Shown one piece after another: positions 60,436-64,000 of a stretch of DNA of 64,000 nt (its first letter is position 1; each line of letters begins with the position of its first letter). Below the pieces are notes generated by a model, which saw nothing but the letters and a program-made list of their open reading frames with translations, did not search any database and had not been told where the DNA came from. The stretch spans positions 288,001 to 352,000 of the forward strand of contig JBEKVV010000001.1 in assembly GCA_049513715.1 (NCBI GenBank), given 5' to 3'. Both the position numbers and the translations under genes were made by a program. The stretch is from Candidatus Bathyarchaeia archaeon. Lineage in GTDB: Archaea; Thermoproteota; Bathyarchaeia; 40CM-2-53-6.

Positions 60436-61350
60436 CTAGGCTGCGATTGCCTCAAGCATCAGACAAGCCTCACAAAGCCTGTGAGGAGTCGGGTCCCCAC
60501 ACTTCTCGCACTCGTTCAACTCAGATGGCGGCGCAGTATCAGCTAGTGAGTTACGCAGCCTTTCGGCTGTTCTCTGTAGCGTGAACTTGGTGCCCGGATG
60601 TTTCTGTTCCATCTGGTTCATGAAATTCCTGACGTCATTTCTTAGCGCCTCGCTGCTATGGGGGCATGCGATACTCTGAAACTCAAACCCGGACAGGTAG
60701 GCGTAGAGGACCACCTCTCTCTCGAGGATATCACAAAGGGGCTTAATGCGGGTGAGGAATCGCCTCCGCGGGTCGCGCAGCACTGGGCCTGACCGCCCGA
60801 TTCGCGTCGGGTCCCCATGCAACATGTTCAGAAGAACTGTCTGAACCTCGTCGTCGAGGTTGTGCGCAATTGCGATCTTCGTGGCACCGACCATCAGCGC
60901 AGCCTTGTTAATCGCTTTTCTCCGGAACACGCCACAGTGTGAGCAAGGTGTCTGCCCCAGCTGCATCCTAACAATCTCGTCGGTAGTGATTCCGAAGAGG
61001 TTTCTGTACGAGACAACAAAGTGCGGAACCCCGAGATTCTCGCAGGCTTTTCGGGCCAACTCCAAAGCCTCGTCACGATACCCTTCGATGCCTTCGTCAA
61101 CGCTAACTGCAGTGATTTTGCTACGCGGAAAGCGCTTCTCCAGTTCAACCAGAAGGTGAAGAAGCACTAGGCTATCCTTTCCGCCTGAAACCGCGACTGC
61201 GATGTGATCGTCGTGGGCAAGCATTTCATGCTTGACTACCGTTCTTCTGACGTGCTCTTCAATTGCTTCGCGGAAGCACTTCGCACAAAAGGATGTCCCT
61301 TCGAATTCGCGCGTGTAAACGGCGTCTGCTGAGCAAAACTTGCAGAGCAC
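60436..61350 (-). CDS. ncsA: tRNA 2-thiolation protein (NcsA/TtuA/Ctu1 family)
   Basis: N- and C-terminal Zn fingers, SGGKDS, CSHCGVFRR, AHNLDD, CPH. Confidence 0.9.
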   Translation of the reverse strand: MLCKFCSADAVYTREFEGTSFCAKCFREAIEEHVRRTVVKHEMLAHDDHIAVAVSGGKDSLVLLHLLVELEKRFPRSKITAVSVDEGIEGYRDEALELARKACENLGVPHFVVSYRNLFGITTDEIVRMQLGQTPCSHCGVFRRKAINKAALMVGATKIAIAHNLDDEVQTVLLNMLHGDPTRIGRSGPVLRDPRRRFLTRIKPLCDILEREVVLYAYLSGFEFQSIACPHSSEALRNDVRNFMNQMEQKHPGTKFTLQRTAERLRNSLADTAPPSELNECEKCGDPTPHRLCEACLMLEAIAA

Positions 61351-61364
61351 CTTCCGGTACCCAC

Positions 61365-62537
61365 CTAGTATCTGAGAAAACCGAATCGGAAGAGGGAGAG
61401 CCCGACGTTCAGGAGGAGGACGCCGTAAGCAGCTCCGTTGGCAACCATCCGGATTCCTTTCGTCTTCTCAATGCCGAGAACGTTCAATGTCGCCTCCAAG
61501 AATTTGTCTCCGTCGAAGGGGTACATAGGAAGCATGTTGATTAACGCAACACTCACCAAGACTATTGACAACCAGTACTCCGCGTGCAAGAGTATGTTTG
61601 GGAAATCACTCGACACGAACGGAACCTTAGGCTGATAAACGATATCGTCAACCAGCCCGCTGATTCCCATTACAGCATGACTTGCATTATTCGGATCCAC
61701 TACAGTCTTGACTGTGAAGCTTCCCCTCGCTGTTCCCACCACAACTCCCTGCCCGGGGCCGACGTCGGCCATGTAGCGGCGTAAGTCATTGATCCCGGTG
61801 ATTCGTGTTCCATTGATGCTTGTGACGATGTCGCCTGCCTGCAGGCCGGATGAATGTGCTGGAAGGTTGTCTGGGACACTTCCGATTGTTACGCCCGAGG
61901 CAACCACGTTGTAGAAGGGTGCGATTGTTCCGGCGAAGTTGAAGAGTAGGAAAACGCACAATATGCCTAGCACGGCGTTCGTGAAGGAACCCGCTGCGAA
62001 GACGCGGAGCTTGGTTGCATTGTTGGCTGCGTTGAGTTTTTCCTCGTCGGGCTCAACGAATCCACCCATCAAGAGGTGCGCGAAGAAAGCGCCCGTAGAC
62101 TTCAGGGGGACGCGGTCAACTAGGCTCGCAATACCGTGGGACAATTCATGTGACGCCACTGTGATGGACAATGCTAAGACAAGGTACGGGAAGGTTTCGA
62201 ATGTAACGCCAATGCCGGGCAACGGGACTATGGGCTGTACTGATACAGCGGCCTCCGGTCTGACGAAGAGGTTCAATAGATTCTTTGTGAGCTGATAGAA
62301 TATGTACGTCATTGAACCGATTCCGGTCACTATGCCAAGGTTCCATATGGTCCGCCAAGCCGCGGGGGCAGACTGTGAGATGCGGTCAATCCAATTGTTC
62401 AGTCGAGTTGTTCGGTAGATCAAGTATAATGGAAGGCCCGAAACTCCAAATCTCTCCCCCTTGAACGCCCACCACGCTAGAGTGATGATGACCCAGATCG
62501 CAACGTATACGGCAAGGAAGGAGAAGAGAGGGTTCAT
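61365..62537 (-). CDS. Site-2 protease (M50) with PDZ domain
   Basis: HELSH, GGFVEPD, PDZ GLQAGD, NMLPMYPFDG. Confidence 0.92.
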   Translation of the reverse strand: MNPLFSFLAVYVAIWVIITLAWWAFKGERFGVSGLPLYLIYRTTRLNNWIDRISQSAPAAWRTIWNLGIVTGIGSMTYIFYQLTKNLLNLFVRPEAAVSVQPIVPLPGIGVTFETFPYLVLALSITVASHELSHGIASLVDRVPLKSTGAFFAHLLMGGFVEPDEEKLNAANNATKLRVFAAGSFTNAVLGILCVFLLFNFAGTIAPFYNVVASGVTIGSVPDNLPAHSSGLQAGDIVTSINGTRITGINDLRRYMADVGPGQGVVVGTARGSFTVKTVVDPNNASHAVMGISGLVDDIVYQPKVPFVSSDFPNILLHAEYWLSIVLVSVALINMLPMYPFDGDKFLEATLNVLGIEKTKGIRMVANGAAYGVLLLNVGLSLFRFGFLRY

Positions 62538-62819
62538 TCGAATTCTTCCGCAGTGAAACCAGAGTGTTCAACTAAAACCTTTCTGGATTTGGGCTGCCAT
62601 GAACTAACGCTATTCTACAAGCCGCAATGTGGGCCGCACGAAAACTCTTTCGTTGTTTTGACCAATGTGAACATCAAGTAGTTCGCAGATTTGTGAATAA
62701 TCAAGTCCATCTCAGAAATGAAGAGAGGAGTTTCCATTTAATTCCCGCCCAGAAAAATATCAGAGAATTGCTTAATAGGACGGCATAAATATTGGCGCAG
62801 CCCGAGTTGGGGAAAATCG

Positions 62820-62966
62820 TTGAAACCAGAGGAAGAAGACAAGATCGTCGAGGCTCTTGAGGAGCTCCGCATAAACTACAACCTAAGACAATGGCGGGTA
62901 TGCGCGTTGGTGTGCGAATCCTTAGCTGACAAGTTCCGGAACGTTGCCAACAGTAGCGACAGGTAG
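62820..62966 (+). CDS. Small hypothetical protein, 48 aa (not in ORF track)
   Basis: TTG start; MKPEEEDKIVEALEELRINYNLRQWRVCALVCESLADKFRNVANSSDR. Confidence 0.45.
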   Translation: MKPEEEDKIVEALEELRINYNLRQWRVCALVCESLADKFRNVANSSDR

Positions 62967-62987
62967 CCGGAGCGGACGTCTTCTTTG

Positions 62988-63269
62988 CTAGAGCGCTTTG
63001 AATTTTCTGTAGAAGTCAACGAGTGTCTTAGTTTTCTCCTCAGCTTCATTTAGCGTAAAGATCTTCATTCCCTGGTCGAACCTTTCGTATAGCAAGATTT
63101 TCTGTTTAACAAGCGGCTCCACGATCCTCGCTACAGTTGAGGGCGACACTCCCAGGAAGTTGGCAAGCGTCGCCTGATTGAACACGCGCTGTGACCCGGC
63201 ACTTTCCAGCAGGTACTCCATAAGCCGGACCTGGGCTCTGGACTGAAAGACCTCACTTAGCTTAGTCAA
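62988..63269 (-). CDS. Small winged-HTH protein
   Basis: NQATLANFLGVSPSTVARIVEPLVKQKIL. Confidence 0.75.
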   Translation of the reverse strand: MTKLSEVFQSRAQVRLMEYLLESAGSQRVFNQATLANFLGVSPSTVARIVEPLVKQKILLYERFDQGMKIFTLNEAEEKTKTLVDFYRKFKAL

Positions 63270-63280
63270 ATGCTATCCCC

Positions 63281-63958
63281 CTAGGAGTGAAGCACTCTCG
63301 TTCCTGTTTTCTCGTTCCGGAGGGCCTTTAAGACGTTCTCTGGATTTCGACCGTCCAGAATTACAGTCGGAATTTTGGAGCGCTGTATGATTCGTAGCGC
63401 AAGCGGGTCCATTAGGTCGTATGCTCCTGCAGTGATCTCGCCTTTCGCTAGGATTTCCATCAGCCGCGGCAATTGCACTTCATCCAGCTTCTTGGCCTTC
63501 GGATCCTTGATTGGGTCTGCGGTATAGACGCCGTCAACATCTGTGGCGTTCACGAAGAGGTCGGCGTTGATCGTTTCCGCGGCGATCGCTGCAACTGCGT
63601 TTGTTGAGTGTCCAGGCGTCAGCCCGCCCATTGCAACTATTTTTCCTGACGAAAAATAGTGGCGCAACTCATCTATATTCACGGGGATTTCAGGAAAGGC
63701 GTCTTCCCCTAAACCATCGATAAGTAACCTTGCGTTTATCCTACTGACCATGATTCCGAGTTGGTCGCACTGGGACTCGGGCACGCCCATTTCACGCGCG
63801 GCTTTGATGTAGACGCGGGCGATTGGGCCTCCGCCAGTGACAACGACAAGTTGAGACTCTCCCACATGTTCCTTGAAGAGTTTCACATAGTCTTCGACGA
63901 TTGGTTTCGCAGTTTTGTCGGAGAAGGCGAAGCCACCCAGCTTGACGACGGCCTTCAA
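63281..63958 (-). CDS. pyrH: Archaeal UMP kinase
   Basis: VKLGG, VTGGGPIAR, PGHSTNAVAA, VDGVYTADP. Confidence 0.95.
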   Translation of the reverse strand: MKAVVKLGGFAFSDKTAKPIVEDYVKLFKEHVGESQLVVVTGGGPIARVYIKAAREMGVPESQCDQLGIMVSRINARLLIDGLGEDAFPEIPVNIDELRHYFSSGKIVAMGGLTPGHSTNAVAAIAAETINADLFVNATDVDGVYTADPIKDPKAKKLDEVQLPRLMEILAKGEITAGAYDLMDPLALRIIQRSKIPTVILDGRNPENVLKALRNEKTGTRVLHS

Positions 63959-64000
63959 GACCTATGCCTCAAGCCGTACTGGGTACTGGGTGTTATTTGA

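Noticed and set aside
1..64000. CRISPR array, cas genes or rRNA
   Set aside because: No regularly spaced repeats, cas motifs or rRNA signatures seen by eye

Overview
Archaeal chromosomal segment of moderate GC. The EF-1alpha, S7, S10, SRP RNA, NitrOD5-like proteins and multi-intron tRNAs suggest a TACK archaeon, most likely Bathyarchaeia (inference). Housekeeping genes include pgk, ppa, serA, ino1, a cyclophilin, htpX, rpsG-tuf-rpsJ, an ncsA/ttuA-type tRNA thiolase and pyrH. All four tRNA genes are interrupted, with eight BHB-type introns at five positions, including a triple-intron tRNA-Leu(CAA). A ~9 kb island appears integrated at the 3' end of tRNA-Thr: it has a 12-bp direct repeat, subterminal inverted arm-like repeats and an adjacent tyrosine-integrase remnant. 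Its cargo includes a divergent glycerate-kinase / enolase / LarA-racemase trio that may encode an undescribed hydroxy-acid pathway. Other signals are a frameshifted relic resembling the C-terminus of heme-copper oxidase subunit I, an SPFH/Zn-ribbon/HtpX membrane-stress module, a BlaI/BlaR-like module, a tRNA-like mini-structure and two small ORFs missing from the ORF track. No CRISPR array or rRNA was seen. All calls come from manual motif recognition; no searches were run.
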